From Anthoceros angustus (Eukaryota > Plantae > Anthocerotophyta), in NCBI GenBank assembly GCA_010909165.1, contig MU008162.1:1612001-1676000 (forward strand): a stretch of DNA of 64,000 nt, given 5' to 3'. Position numbers and translations under genes: made by a program. Below the pieces are notes generated by a model. That model was not told the DNA's origin and did no database searches. It worked only from the letters and a program-made list of their open reading frames with translations. The stretch's first letter is position 1, and each line of letters starts with the position of its first letter. This document shows, piece after piece, positions 1 to 11,790 of this stretch.

Positions 1-275
1 CAGCTGGAGGCTTTTGTACTTGTCCAGCTCCAAATCGTTCGTGTTTGCTGTACAGGTCGTACCCCAAGGCGTAGTCTCCAGGGTTCAACAGATGGCCCAA
101 ATGAGTCCTAACCGTGAAAATAGTATCATTCTTGCCAAAATCACTGCTGCGAGCAACCTGTGCCACCGCTAGGCAAAATTTCCCACTGCTCTCCACAGCC
201 CCCCGCTCCTGATCAATGTCAAGGACGATGTACTCCACAAGCTGCTTGCTAGAAAGCAGTGCCCTGTAAGGTGCT
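1..275 (-). pseudogene. NMD3: Partial duplicate of the NMD3 coding region (right end of an upstream tandem-duplication copy; continues off the window edge)
   Basis: 1-275 matches 2418-2694 by eye except tttgctgtac vs tttgccccgtac. It ends abruptly at ...gtaaggtgct, where PPR sequence begins. Confidence 0.9.
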
Positions 276-560
276 TTCAAGAGATGGAAAAACATGGGGT
301 TGCGGCCAATGAGGCTACCTTCACATCTGTCCTTGTGGTATGCAGCCACCAGGGGCTCACCAGAGGCTCACCAGTATATGAACAGCATGGGGAAGACCAT
401 GGCATAAGCCCTACAGCCCAGCACTATAATTGTTTGGTGAATGTTCTTGGGCACTCAGGCCGACTACATGAGGCAGAATGATCTTACAGACTTGGCTTTT
501 CCAGACTAACATCATGTAAACTTTGGCAAACATGTAGGCCAATGCTCGTAAGTAGACCGA
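276..560 (+). pseudogene. PLS-class pentatricopeptide repeat (PPR) gene fragment, frameshifted; right boundary approximate
   Basis: ORF 284-481 reads EMEKHGVAANEATFTSVLVVCSHQGL...DHGISPTAQHYNCLVNVLGHSGRLHEAE, typical of the last PLS motifs of plant editing-type PPRs, with an internal frame disruption and early stop. Confidence 0.8.
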
Positions 561-1106
561 TGTGGAAGAGCTGGATGGTTAAGAAAGACTGCAGGTGCTT
601 GCAAGCTCCCTGCGTATCCAGGCCCTTGAAAGGAGTGTACCCTGCTGTTCACCCAACTTGCTGTTCACTCTTTCGTGGTGGGCGAGGGAAAGTGATGACA
701 CCTCCTCCAATCTATCCAGAGTGAACTCGCAGGTGCACGGAGAGACGAAATCAGGGAACCAAAATGCCGTGTGTGATCAAACGGAGACAATAGCATTGGC
801 GATGAAAGGTAGCAAGTCGAGGTCAGTCTGGAGACTTGCTGACCATGACCACTCGCTGTGGTCGCCTTTGATGCTGGTGGGATCGGAGCTGGAGGCAACT
901 GCAGTCAGTGCATCATACGCCGCAGCTCATGCCACTGAGGTGAGAGCAATTCCGGTCACAACGACAAGAGTGCATTTGTTGCTTTCTGCACTAGGTGGAG
1001 AATGCAGCTACAGAGCGGGTGGTCTTGCCCTATCGAAACCCCTAATCCTACACACCCACCGACGATGATGTGCCGAGCATGATGATGTGCGAGCGCAAGG
1101 CAAGTT

Positions 1107-1268
1107 CATGGCTGGAGGCAGAAGCAGCCAAGGTACGTTCATGGCATGGCTGGAGGCAGAAGCAGCCAAGTTACGTTCATGGCATGGCTGGAGGCAGAAG
1201 CAGCCAAGGTACGTTCATGGCATGGCTGGAGACAAGAAGCAGCCAAGGTACGTTCATGGCATGGCTGG
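1107..1268. repeat. 38-bp minisatellite, about 4.5 copies
   Basis: Unit catggctggaggcagaagcagccaaggtacgttcatgg repeated head to tail. Confidence 0.9.
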
Positions 1269-2054
1269 AGGCGGAGGAGAGAGGCAGGAAAGGAAAGCCA
1301 AGGCAAGTTCATGGCTGGATGCGGAGTAGGGAGAAGGAAAGGAAAGTAACGGAGAACGTGAGGGAGGCTCAAGGTGCGGGCAGGCAGCAACGGCAGCCCT
1401 GTTGCAGAGGGCAGCAGGAGAGGGATGTAAACGCACAAGAAAACTGACAAAGGTGACGAGTAGCGGCGCATGGAGCTAAAACCTTTTAAGCTAGACTGCA
1501 GGACCCTATGAAACAAGAATGCCAACTCCTTGTCCTTTAACAGGGCGAGACAGTCACCTTTGAAGATACAAGGCATCTTCAAAGGTTGAAAAAAATGAAA
1601 ATTCTTCTCAGAAAAGGGAGACCCGTTGGAGCTAAGCTGCAGGAGGACATGGTGCAAGGGCTGCTGGCTAACAACATGTTGTATGATGCTAACAGAGCAG
1701 CCTCACAAGCCCCAGGTCAGAGATGGTTGCAGAAGGCGGGGTGCCTGGCGTACCTGCAAGTTGCAGGTGTGTACGAGACTTCCTCAGATCTAGATATGAA
1801 CGGCCGGGATGGGCAACATGCCGCCACACACCAGCTGTCAATGCACTTGTCCAGAGTCACCGTAAAACGGTCCTGTCAAGCATAACTGGCGGCATGTTCT
1901 TGCTGCTCTTCGCCCTGCTCACGGCTTCACCTAGTGCTGGCTTCTAAGAACTTGGGCGGTACAGCGTCCTTGGTGTACTGCGGATTCCATCTCTAGAAGA
2001 ATAGTTCCTCCGTTCGTTCCAAGCTGTACCTCGGAGGAGAAGAAGAGGATGCTA

Positions 2055-3614
2055 CTATGGCTCCATGTCCTCGGCTTCATCATCATCATACCCAACAGAG
2101 CTCGATTCCTCCAGTCGCAGGTCGGCTAACAACTCTTCCAAAGGCACAGATGGAGCTTCGTCACCATCTGTCATGGACCCTGTCTCCGTTGGAGCCCGGT
2201 ACGTCGGGTCTCTGTAGATGGAGATTTTAGCTCTCAATTCTGGGTCCTCCTCGATGTCTTCTAAAAACTTTTCATAGTCTCCAGCAGTCCGGTCCTGGTC
2301 ATGCCTGCCTGTCTCCTCTACTTCCATGGCCAGGGTCTTGAGCTTCCAGGGCCGAGGCTTGCCTCTCTTCTTCTGCCGTTTCTCCTCGTAGCTCTTCTTC
2401 ACAAGCACAGCATCTGGCAGCTGGAGGCTTTTGTACTTGTCCAGCTCCAAATCGTTCGTGTTTGCCCCGTACAGGTCGTACCCCAAGGCGTAGTCTCCAG
2501 GGTTCAACAGATGGCCCAAATGAGTCCTAACCGTGAAAATAGTATCATTCTTGCCAAAATCACTGCTGCGAGCAACCTGTGCCACCGCTAGGCAAAATTT
2601 CCCACTGCTCTCCACAGCCCCCCGCTCCTGATCAATGTCAAGGACGATGTACTCCACAAGCTGCTTGCTAGAAAGCAGTGCCCTGTAAGGTGCTCTCCAG
2701 TACTGCGAAGCATCAACATAAGCAGTCCTGAGAGTCAAGGGATCCAGCAACATAAGGCTGTTCGTTACCCGCGTGCACAACACCAAAGGCCCAATGTTGC
2801 CCAACCCTGCCGCCACCTTCTGGGGCAAACAAATCAGATCATCCTTGCAAATGGGGCTGATTTCCACAGAAAAAGTGAATTTATAATTGTACGAGTTGCT
2901 CTTCGTATCATGGGACACCAGCTGCTTGTCGTTCCGACTCTTGACAGGCACAACATTGTTAAGAAAATCCACAAACTTCAGGGCATGACTTCTGTTTCCG
3001 AAAAAGAAATCAACCCCCTCGTGTATCTGCTTAATATTGATGGTCTGATGTGCTGCACCGTGCTTAACTATCAGCTGCTCCAAGTAGAAAAACGTGCGCT
3101 TATGGTCCACCTTCTGCCTCACTTGCACCACCGCAATCCACTGATCAGGGTTTGCCGCAGCCCTAGAGCAGGCATCACACATGTGATCCTCCACAACATA
3201 CTCCACCACATACTGCTGCTCCAGAATCGCCCCGTGCACCACCTCCTTCTGAATCTTAAGCTTCACCTTCAACCTCTTCGAATGCGGCTCCGTCCAAATG
3301 AATCCAGCGTCCGTCAGCCTGACCTTGTTCAGATTCTTCAGCCTCTTAATGCAAAAAGTGAGCAATTCCTTGGACTCCTGCTGCGCCTTCACCCAAGACC
3401 GCGGCGGCTGGAGATACCGCTCGCACTCGGGACAGTAAAGCACAGTCACGTGCTTCTGCAACCCCTCCGTGATGTCCACCTGCGACGTCAGACAGCCTAC
3501 ACACATGTTGGCAGCATTCGGGGCCATGGACACGCCGCATACGCAGCACAGCACCCGCCCCACCGTATGCTGCACGGTGAACATCTCCTCCGCCAGGCGG
3601 CCCTGCAACGCCAT
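2055..3614 (-). CDS. NMD3: 60S ribosomal subunit export adaptor NMD3, intronless
   Basis: Uninterrupted ORF with N-terminal CCxCG..PNAANMCxxC and CPEC zinc motifs, WTEPHSKRLKVKL, HRRTFFYLEQL-like motif and acidic C-terminus PSVPLEELLADL. ATG at 3614 (the ORF track start at 3635 is TTG). Confidence 0.97.
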   Translation of the reverse strand: MALQGRLAEEMFTVQHTVGRVLCCVCGVSMAPNAANMCVGCLTSQVDITEGLQKHVTVLYCPECERYLQPPRSWVKAQQESKELLTFCIKRLKNLNKVRLTDAGFIWTEPHSKRLKVKLKIQKEVVHGAILEQQYVVEYVVEDHMCDACSRAAANPDQWIAVVQVRQKVDHKRTFFYLEQLIVKHGAAHQTINIKQIHEGVDFFFGNRSHALKFVDFLNNVVPVKSRNDKQLVSHDTKSNSYNYKFTFSVEISPICKDDLICLPQKVAAGLGNIGPLVLCTRVTNSLMLLDPLTLRTAYVDASQYWRAPYRALLSSKQLVEYIVLDIDQERGAVESSGKFCLAVAQVARSSDFGKNDTIFTVRTHLGHLLNPGDYALGYDLYGANTNDLELDKYKSLQLPDAVLVKKSYEEKRQKKRGKPRPWKLKTLAMEVEETGRHDQDRTAGDYEKFLEDIEEDPELRAKISIYRDPTYRAPTETGSMTDGDEAPSVPLEELLADLRLEESSSVGYDDDEAEDMEP

Positions 3615-4229
3615 TCCTCCTTCAAAGACCTTCAATGCTCCACGCAGAATTAGCTGAATTCAAAACTCCACAATTCCGCTGCTCCCACACCAGCAAGCTG
3701 GCCGACACACGACCTCCCTGCCGAGACAAACAGCCAAACGCGCACAACAACAACAATCCCGCGATCCGGCCGCTCCGAGCAATGAAGAAGGAGAGGAGAA
3801 GAAAACGCGACTCAAAATTCGGCCGCACTGGCTTCTCGAAAGGCTGATGGTCGATGTCACAGTGAAAGGCCGATAGTCCCAATGGTATACATACAACGCA
3901 AGGTTGATGCTTTTAGTGCGATTTATAGGCGTTATGTGGAGACCTAGACCTAGATGTTGCTGCACTGTGACCTCTTCCCGAAGCTGCCTTTTATGGTACA
4001 TAGGGTTCATTTATGTATATTGATATACATACGTGTATGTCATGTCTGTATTCAGTATTGATCTCCAGATAAACAATTTCGCGATATTGCGGAAGGAAAG
4101 GCACACGGTTTCATGTATAAGGTGAACAAGTGTGCTGTGTGTTGGTGATGACGTGCCCTAAGGAACTGCCTGTTTGTCCCTCTTTGTCTAAAGGTGCAGA
4201 TCTGAATCTGCGAGCCGAACTCCCTCACC
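3615..4229. promoter_or_regulatory. Short divergent (bidirectional) intergenic/promoter region between NMD3 and VHA-G
   Basis: Head-to-head ATGs about 615 bp apart with an AT-richer core. No individual element assigned. Confidence 0.5.
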
Positions 4230-4857
4230 ATGGCGGATCACGCGGACAAGGGTGGCATCCACCAATTGCTGGAGGCGGAGAAGGATGCGCAGCAGATTGT
4301 TGCAAATGCGAGAGCTGGTAAGGGTTTGGTTTGTTGCTCGCTCGGAGCACACGAATTTGTCTTTCTGACGGTGTGAGTGTGTTTGGTTTTTTCTTTGTGT
4401 GGCAGCCAAGACAGCGAGACTGCGGGAAGCTCAGGATGAAGCGACCCGGGAAATAGCGGCTTACCGGTCTCAACGGGAGGCCGAATACAGGGGGAAGATT
4501 GCTGAGGTGTGGTGGGAGGCAATGCGAGTACCTCTGCAGCTGGATTCATGATTTCCGTTCTGGGACTAGGTTTGTAGGTGCTGTGCTCCAGCTGATCTGC
4601 TCATTGTCGTTCCCTCTCAGTCTACGGGGAGTTCCGGGGAGACTGTCAAGCGACTAGAAGGGGAGACCGCATCTAAGATTGAGGTCTTGCAATCAGGAGC
4701 TGCGGAGATCGCTGGCGAGGTACAGTGTGCATGTTTTCGGGGCTGAGTATGGGGTCTCAAGTTTTTAGCAGGTATTGAAGCGGGGGCCTGATTTAGTGTT
4801 GCGCTTGCGCAGTTGACTCAGCTGGTGCTCAAGTATGTGACTACAGTGAGAAACTAG
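4230..4857 (+). CDS. VHA-G: V-type H+-ATPase subunit G, 4 exons (4230-4317, 4406-4506, 4621-4719, 4813-4857)
   Basis: Spliced product MADHADKGGIHQLLEAEKDAQQIVANARAAKTARLREAQDEATREIAAYRSQREAEYRGKIAE...LTQLVLKYVTTVRN*, with GT-AG introns in consistent phases. Confidence 0.93.
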
Positions 4858-5170
4858 CGCGCTTGTGCCTTACTGCGTAATTTGTCTTATAAACAATTGC
4901 AAATTCTGTGCCCTCTTCGTGCACGGAGGAGAATGTGAGAGATCTTGTTCTTGGCAATGGGTTTGTTGCTTCAGTGGCCTCTTTTCTCTTGTACTGCCGA
5001 CAAGCTACTCTGTGTTGGGTACTTCCTTCTCTGTTACATTCTGAGTTGGCCATCGTGTGAGCAAGGCAGCAGGGCTTGTCTTACTATCCGTTGCTTAGGT
5101 ATGGGTGTCACCGATTATTTGGAAAATGTGAACGCTCTCTGAAGCCTCCTGGGACGTTCATGTGACAAGC

Positions 5171-8100
5171 CTACGTGAAGTGATCCAGGCTCATGCCGAA
5201 CTGCCTCCTGCATTCGTACTCAAACCTGTGGTACTCAACCTCTGCAAATTCATCCCATGCGCAACACAGAAGCTGCTCCTCTCGTTCCTACAGCGTGAAA
5301 CACTGGCCGTTACGAGGGATCCAGCTGTTTGCACAAGCGCCAGATGAAGTGAAAGTCAATGTCACCTTCGCATCAACATCTCGCTGATGCCTTTTGTCCG
5401 TCTGGTGAACCCTCTCCTTGGCCCTCATCTCGACGTCGTCCCTCCAGGCCTTCTGTCTGTCAAAGAAACTCTTCACCGATTGCCTCTGTGCAAGTTCCCA
5501 GCAACCGATGGTTACCAGTTGGTTCTGGAAACCTCCACAGAGTACAGCCCCTATTGCAATACCTCCTTATGCTGCATCCGTCGCAAGTTTCTGGGTATCT
5601 CCATTATGTGAAGGATCCCCTGAATGTCTCCAATTGCTATGAGCTGAGGTGCTGCAAATTCACCAGAAAACACCTTTGGTTCCACTAGATTTTTCAGGCA
5701 TGGCCATATTCACCAGCAGGACTAGGCAGTACGTACATGAATCTTTCCAAAATTCAATGGAAGTGAGCTGACATGACCCAACGGATACAACCATAGATGG
5801 TTGATGGCTGTGATCAAGTAAGTCCCAGACCTCCATCGTTCCATCAATCAGGCCAATGTAGATCACGCCTGGACGGGTAGGGCTCCAACAACCAGTTGTT
5901 AAATAGCCTTCGGCACACCTTGATACGAAGATGGGCTTCTGTGGAATCAGAGAGCCACCTGTTCACGGCAAGGTCAAACCTTTTTTTTGACAGGAAACAC
6001 TGTTCAAGTTAAGCAACCAACCATCAGATCTTCTCTCCAGATCGCAAACGTCCAGATATCGACTGATAGCAGAATGTTGTCAAAGAAAGGTGAATGGTGA
6101 AGAGAGCGCACTGGCCCGTTATGACACTCATGGAGGCCCTTGACACAACTTGCACCTTCTGGAACGTTCATATCTGCTTCGACCACCTCCCCATTCTGAA
6201 ATGAGCAGATGCAGTACTGTGAGCTCCTAACCCGGTACAAGAAAAACGGTAGGCGAAACGGGTCAGGACATACCTCAGTGCTGACGAAAAACCGAGCCTC
6301 ATCTTGCTTTAATTGAGGAAACGTCAGCTTCAGAGGACCGATAGGGCGAGGTGGATCAGTGCAACAGATTTCCATTGTATAAAAAGGTGCCCACTTGTAC
6401 TTCTCTTCTGAAGCACGTGCCCTTTCTTCATCTGACATGCCCGGTTGCATGTAGGTCTGACTTTTTTTGCTGATATCCCAAAAAATGATCTAGGGGACAT
6501 CGTGTTGATGGTATGAACAGCCGTGATTAAGAACACCCGAACCTAATAGCTACTGGAAGGAGAGCTCGGGCACATCTTTTACTGACATAATGGCATGACT
6601 AGGATGCAGAGACATACTTTTCCGTCAGCAGAAATTGACGCCAGCAAGCTTGTTTCTCCCGTTTTCGGAATGGGAATTCTTGACTTTGCGGTAAACTGCA
6701 AGAAAATTCACCTCCCAATCCATGACGCTGACAAAAGAACATGGCTGCTGAAGTTTAGGAAGGAAACGGCTAGACAGATCCACCTCACCAGGCTGTTTTG
6801 GGATTGCTGTTAAAACACACATGATAAAGAGCAAAGATACCTGAAAATCGTCGGGCAGCCAGTGCAGGTCTAGCACGATGGTGTTATGCGACATGGAAGC
6901 ATAACTCAAAAGAGTGAACAGGACTACAGGTGCCTGATAGGCCTTGCCCTTCTCTCTTTCTACCTCTTCTGCATCTTTCTCCTTCGCCTTCGCGTTACTC
7001 TTGTCCCCCTTGCTCGCCTTTTTCTTGAGCTTCTCTCTTGCCTCAGTGATGTCCCATAACATGACCTAGACGCACAAGCAGTAACATACAAAGCGATGAA
7101 TCACCACTCAGAAGCCAAAACTATGAATCATGCAAGTTGAGATCACAACCTGACCATTGAAGCAGCCTCCAGCTATTAACTCAGGATTTGAGGGGTTGAA
7201 CCGTAGACTGAAAATGTCAGAATGACCATCCAAGACCATCTGCAGAGACCTTAGGGATTAGTCACCAGTGGTTTCCCCGTGCCAAAAACGCAGCTCCAAT
7301 GCCCATCTGCATGCTTCACCTATCACAATGATGATAATTCCATGCCCAGAGGGACAAGATAAACACCTGGGGATGAATGGGGTCATTGAAACTCCAAACA
7401 AGGACATAGGAGTCGCCAGGCTTTCCAGCAGCGTGTAGTCGCTCATCAAAATTTTTAGATTCGGAGCAGGCAGCTGCCACTATGCCTCGTCTTCCAGGCA
7501 TCCAGTCTATCGCAGATATCATCTTCCCTTTACAATATGTCAGTTCAAAGAAAGCTTGATATTCCTGCGATCGAAAGGGTTGTTTTTAGCCCTACAAGAA
7601 GCTGTAGCTTAAGAACCATATCACATTCACAAGTGCTGTGACATACAGTAACTACGCTGATAGATTTGTGGTCAAGGTGTCCATCCTCCTCAGTGAAATT
7701 GGAGAAATCATCCTCAAAAACATCCATTATCTCATTCTGCTGTAGCGCATCGACGTATCTATTCACAAGAAAATGCATTTGACACACAGCCTCGCGCCTC
7801 TAAACTTGCCCTCAGCAGTTTACGCAATGCACATGCATATAATAGGAAGCAAGACATTCAAGCGAGTTAGAGACTTGCATTCGTTTAGCCTCCTTGAGGA
7901 ATCTGAACATCTGCTCACTGCAGAGTATTTCGGCCTTTCGACTTTCTGGAAGGTCTCGAGGCTCGTACTGTACGCAGTTGTTGCGCTGCCTTTCCCTACC
8001 GAATGTTTCATTTCACACAAAAGACGAGTCAACTTGCGGTTATCGAGGAGGGCATGCTAGTAGAGGTGCAAAATTCAAGACTCACACGCTTACTGCATTG

Positions 8101-10654
8101 TCTGCGTCCCAGCTGTTTTGTAGGAGGCAATAGCTTGTATGCCAACATCTTGCTCTGCAAGGGATTTGTCAAAGCTAATGTCCTTGGCAGGGCGGACCTC
8201 CATTTGACTGCTACTCCATGATTCCTGCCACAAGGAACTACAGTGAAGACCGTCTTCACCAGCAAGCATGCAGTTCGGTGCAAAACGTAGAGAAGTCTCC
8301 AACAGTCAAAGCTAAGCCCTTGCAGGTCATCCTAAGGTTGTCAAGAACGGTACCAGAGCATCCCTGTCTACGAACTTGTAGGGAGCATAGAAATCCCTCC
8401 ACTTCCTTGTCGCTTTCACCATGATCTAGAGCCAGTATGCACTTTGATTTGGACAATGGAACAGAACTTGTTTTGCAAATCAGTCATAAACTCCATCGAA
8501 CCAGGACATAGAGAAGTCTGCCCAACCAGTAGCTGCCCCACCTCAAGACTCACAGTATATTCTTGCACTTACTGGCTCTCTACCAAGGACAATGGCCTCA
8601 GCTGCAATCTCCTTTTCACTGCCAAGAGACTTCCATTTCCTTGGTTTTTCTTCTTCTTCTGCTGCTTTTCATCTGCCTCCAGGTCTGCTTGAACCTTCAC
8701 CACTCATCAGGGCCACCAACAAGTAAGCTTTAGCCACCAGAATCTTCTCTTTACGACGCATCACAACTCATTCAGCATCTGGTCACCTTCAGAAATCCTC
8801 TTTTGCTAGAAGGGTGACGCAGACTTCAATGTTCATAGCATCCCCATATCTGTCGTTCAGATTGTAACGCACAAGAATGTCCTCTTCCGGATAATTCTGC
8901 ATGTGGGCTTAACGAAGCAAGAGCCATATGAGTCCTCCTTTTGCCATCCTTTGTCCCTGCGCAGAGCGCAGAGCGCAGACCGCATTCGCATTTGCACGCC
9001 CACAACAAAATGCACGTCGCAATGTGGTAGAATTACAGTACCGCCAGAGCCCCTTTAATCGGGTGAAAATCTGAAATTGCGGCTCTGGCTTGAATGTCAT
9101 CCATGAGCATCTTCTTTTGCAAGGTGTAGAGCGAGCCATGTTTAGCCTCCTTGAGGAATCTGAACATCTGCTCACTGCAGAGTATTTCGGCCTTTCGACT
9201 TTCTGGAAGGTCTCGAGGCTCGTACTGTACGCAGTTGTTGCGCTGCCTTTCCCTACCGAATGTTTCATTTCACACAAAAGACGAGTCAACTTGCGGTTAT
9301 CGAGGAGGGCATGCTAGTAGAGGTGCAAAATTCAAGACTCACACGCTTACTGCATTGTCTGCGTCCCAGCTGTTTTGTAGGAGGCAATAGCTTGTATGCC
9401 AACATCTTGCTCTGCAAGGGATTTGTCAAAGCTAATGTCCTTGGCAGGGCGGACCTCCATTTGACTGCTACTCCATGATTCCTGCCACAAGGAACTACAG
9501 TGAAGACCGTCTTCACCAGCAAGCATGCAGTTCGGTGCAAAACGTAGAGAAGTCTCCAACAGTCAAAGCTAAGCCCTTGCAGGTCATCCTAAGGTTGTCA
9601 AGAACGGTACCAGAGCATCCCTGTCTACGAACTTGTAGGGAGCATAGAAATCCCTCCACTTCCTTGTCGCTTTCACCATGATCTAGAGCCAGTATGCACT
9701 TTGATTTGGACAATGGAACAGAACTTGTTTTGCAAATCAGTCATAAACTCCATCGAACCAGGACATAGAGAAGTCTGCCCAACCAGTAGCTGCCCCACCT
9801 CAAGACTCACAGTATATTCTTGCACTTACTGGCTCTCTACCAAGGACAATGGCCTCAGCTGCAATCTCCTTTTCACTGCCAAGAGACTTCCATTTCCTTG
9901 GTTTTTTCTTCTCTTCTTCTGCTGCTTTTTCATCTGCCTCCAGGTCTGCTTGAACCTTCACCACTCATCAGGGCCACCAACAAGTAAGCTTTAGCCACCA
10001 GAATCTTCTCTTTACGACGCATCACAACTCATTCAGCATCTGGTCACCTTCAGAAATCCCTCTTTTGCTAGAAGGGTGACGCAGACTTCAATGTTCATAG
10101 CATCCCCATATCTGTCGTTCAGATTGTAACGCACAAGAATGTCCTCTTCCGGATAATTCTGCATGTGGGCTTAACGAAGCAAGAGCCATATGAGTCCTCC
10201 TTTTGCCATCCTTTGTCCCTGCGCAGAGCGCAGAGCGCAGACCGCATTCGCATTTGCACGCCCACAACAAAATGCACGTCGCAATGTGGTAGAATTACAG
10301 TACCGCCAGAGCCCCTTTAATCGGGTGAAAATCTGAAATTGCGGCTCTGGCTTGAATGTCATCCATGAGCATCTTCTTTTGCAAGGTGTAGAGCGAGCCA
10401 TGTTTAGCCGCGGCTTTGTCGATGTTGACGATCTTGAGCGTGGCCTCGGTGAGGAAAATGGAGAGCACTCCCGCAGGCACCGTCTCTGGGGTTTGAGGCG
10501 TTTGCGCTGTGCGCGTAGTGGAAGCTGCGGAAGGCCCGGATTCTGGCCTGGATCCCGCCGAACTCTTCTGCGAGGCAGGCGCTGAGCCAGGAGGATCAGA
10601 CCCTCCTTGCGCGGCGGCAGGAGGCGTTCCTTTCGCGGCGGCAGCATCAGCCAT
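5171..10654 (-). CDS. WDR63: Axonemal dynein intermediate chain, WDR63/DNAI3/IC140-like, multi-exon; carries an internal 1.26-kb tandem duplication
   Basis: Exons give DIQARAAISDFHPIK, KWKSLGSEKEI, QYEPRDL...DALQQNEIMDVFEDDF and WD40-type segments (SAIDWMPGRRGIVAAAC, GYVLVWSF-like, IVLDLHWLP, HNGPVRSLHHSPFFDNILLSVDIWTFAIW, GTMEVWDLLDHSHQP, IAIGDIQGILHIMEIPRNL). Stop TAG at 5171-5173. The orthologue name is from remembered motifs, not a search. Confidence 0.8.
7884..10402. repeat. Direct tandem duplication, units 7884-9140 (1257 bp) and 9141-10402 (1262 bp)
   Basis: Identical ORF-track translations offset by 1257-1262 bp. The 8-bp microhomology gtttagcc occurs at 7883, 9140 and 10402. Confidence 0.95.
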
Positions 10655-11175
10655 GGCGCCTCCACTGCCTCCAGCAACAATTCGGGCGTGCTCTTTCTTA
10701 CCTGAACGAGGCAAATCGTCCTGCCATAGCGAGTCAAAGCCCGTCTCGAGTCGTCTCCCCGATTCGTGGTTTTCGCGTTTCGTGCCTGTGGCAAAAACAA
10801 ACTAGGGTTCGTGGACTAGGCTTGTCTGCTGTATCTTGCTCAACTAAGCTGCTTCTGGTGCGTGAGCTTGATGTTACAAGAGTAGGAGATGAGGTCAGGA
10901 GCACAACATTCATGCTGGAAGAGGAAGGGAGTGTCTTGAGCAGCAGAGAGCTCTCACAGGACCTCCTGCAACGTTGCAAAATTGAACCGGTCTGAAGTCA
11001 CTGTCCAAGCAAGATGGTGCGGCTTCATGTCAAATTCCGGCTTCATTTTCATGCCATAAATCCGGACCAGGACCATCCACTTGAGAGCGACAGAGTCTCC
11101 ACCTCTCAACTCAATCCATGGACTAAGTCTCTACATGCCACCGGACATAGCTCAGGAGCATGAACCTCATGTTCT

Positions 11176-11790
11176 TCACATCCCATCCGCAGTCCTCTGG
11201 AGATCAGCAACATGCGGGGTGTAATCGGGTCTTTCCTTGAACTCCCTGAACCTGGCGTGTTCAGTGGCATAGGGAGGGTAGACCATGGTCTGAAGCTGGT
11301 GCAGCTGCCGAGGGCGGGGCTGATTGTGGCTGTTTCCATAAGGAGCAATCTGAGAAGCTGTGAAGTTGTGATATCCCCTGACGTTCACTGGAATGCTTTG
11401 GTCCTTCTCCCAGGGGGCCTCTTTGTCCTTCGATGGCCTCTTCTCATATTTCGGCAAGTCATGCAGTGTCGCATAAGGAGCTGCTGTGGATACAGGTTTT
11501 GCCATGTCCGCTCTATAGAAACCACATTGCAAGTCAATCACAAGACAACCGTCACTGCAATTACATGCTATTCTGCATCCTCTTCTCCGATGGCTTCCTC
11601 AATCGAGGTGGAAAGGAAAGGTGAGGTAAACAGTTTACACTGTTGCTAGGAAACAAACAAAGAAACGGAGATCTGACACGTTTCTCCACAGCATATGCTC
11701 CAGGCCTTGAGGCTCTTGAATACAGGGATGCGGTTGCAGAGGGTGCGTGTGAGGAAAACCTAGACGAAGCATAGATTACCTGCTTCATGC
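11176..11790 (-). CDS. Unidentified multi-exon gene, low-complexity Pro/Tyr/His/Arg-rich product; boundaries uncertain
   Basis: Exon-like ORF RADMAKPVSTAAPYATLHDLPKYEKRP...APYGNSHNQPRP...PPYATEHARFREFKERPDYTPH preceded by a ctatag acceptor, with further plausible exons at about 11560-11640 and 11670-11760. Confidence 0.4.

Noticed and set aside
1723-1947. Short hydrophobic ORF (SITGGMFLLLFALL) resembling a GDT1/UPF0016 transporter end
   Set aside because: Too short and no diagnostic EIGDKT motif seen.
1-1990. Helitron or Pack-MULE capture as the explanation of the NMD3-PPR mosaic
   Set aside because: No TC...CTRR end with hairpin and no TIR or TSD found. A tandem-duplication junction explains it more simply.
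2910-3653. 247-aa plus-strand ORF
   Set aside because: It is the antisense shadow of the NMD3 coding sequence and has no independent features.
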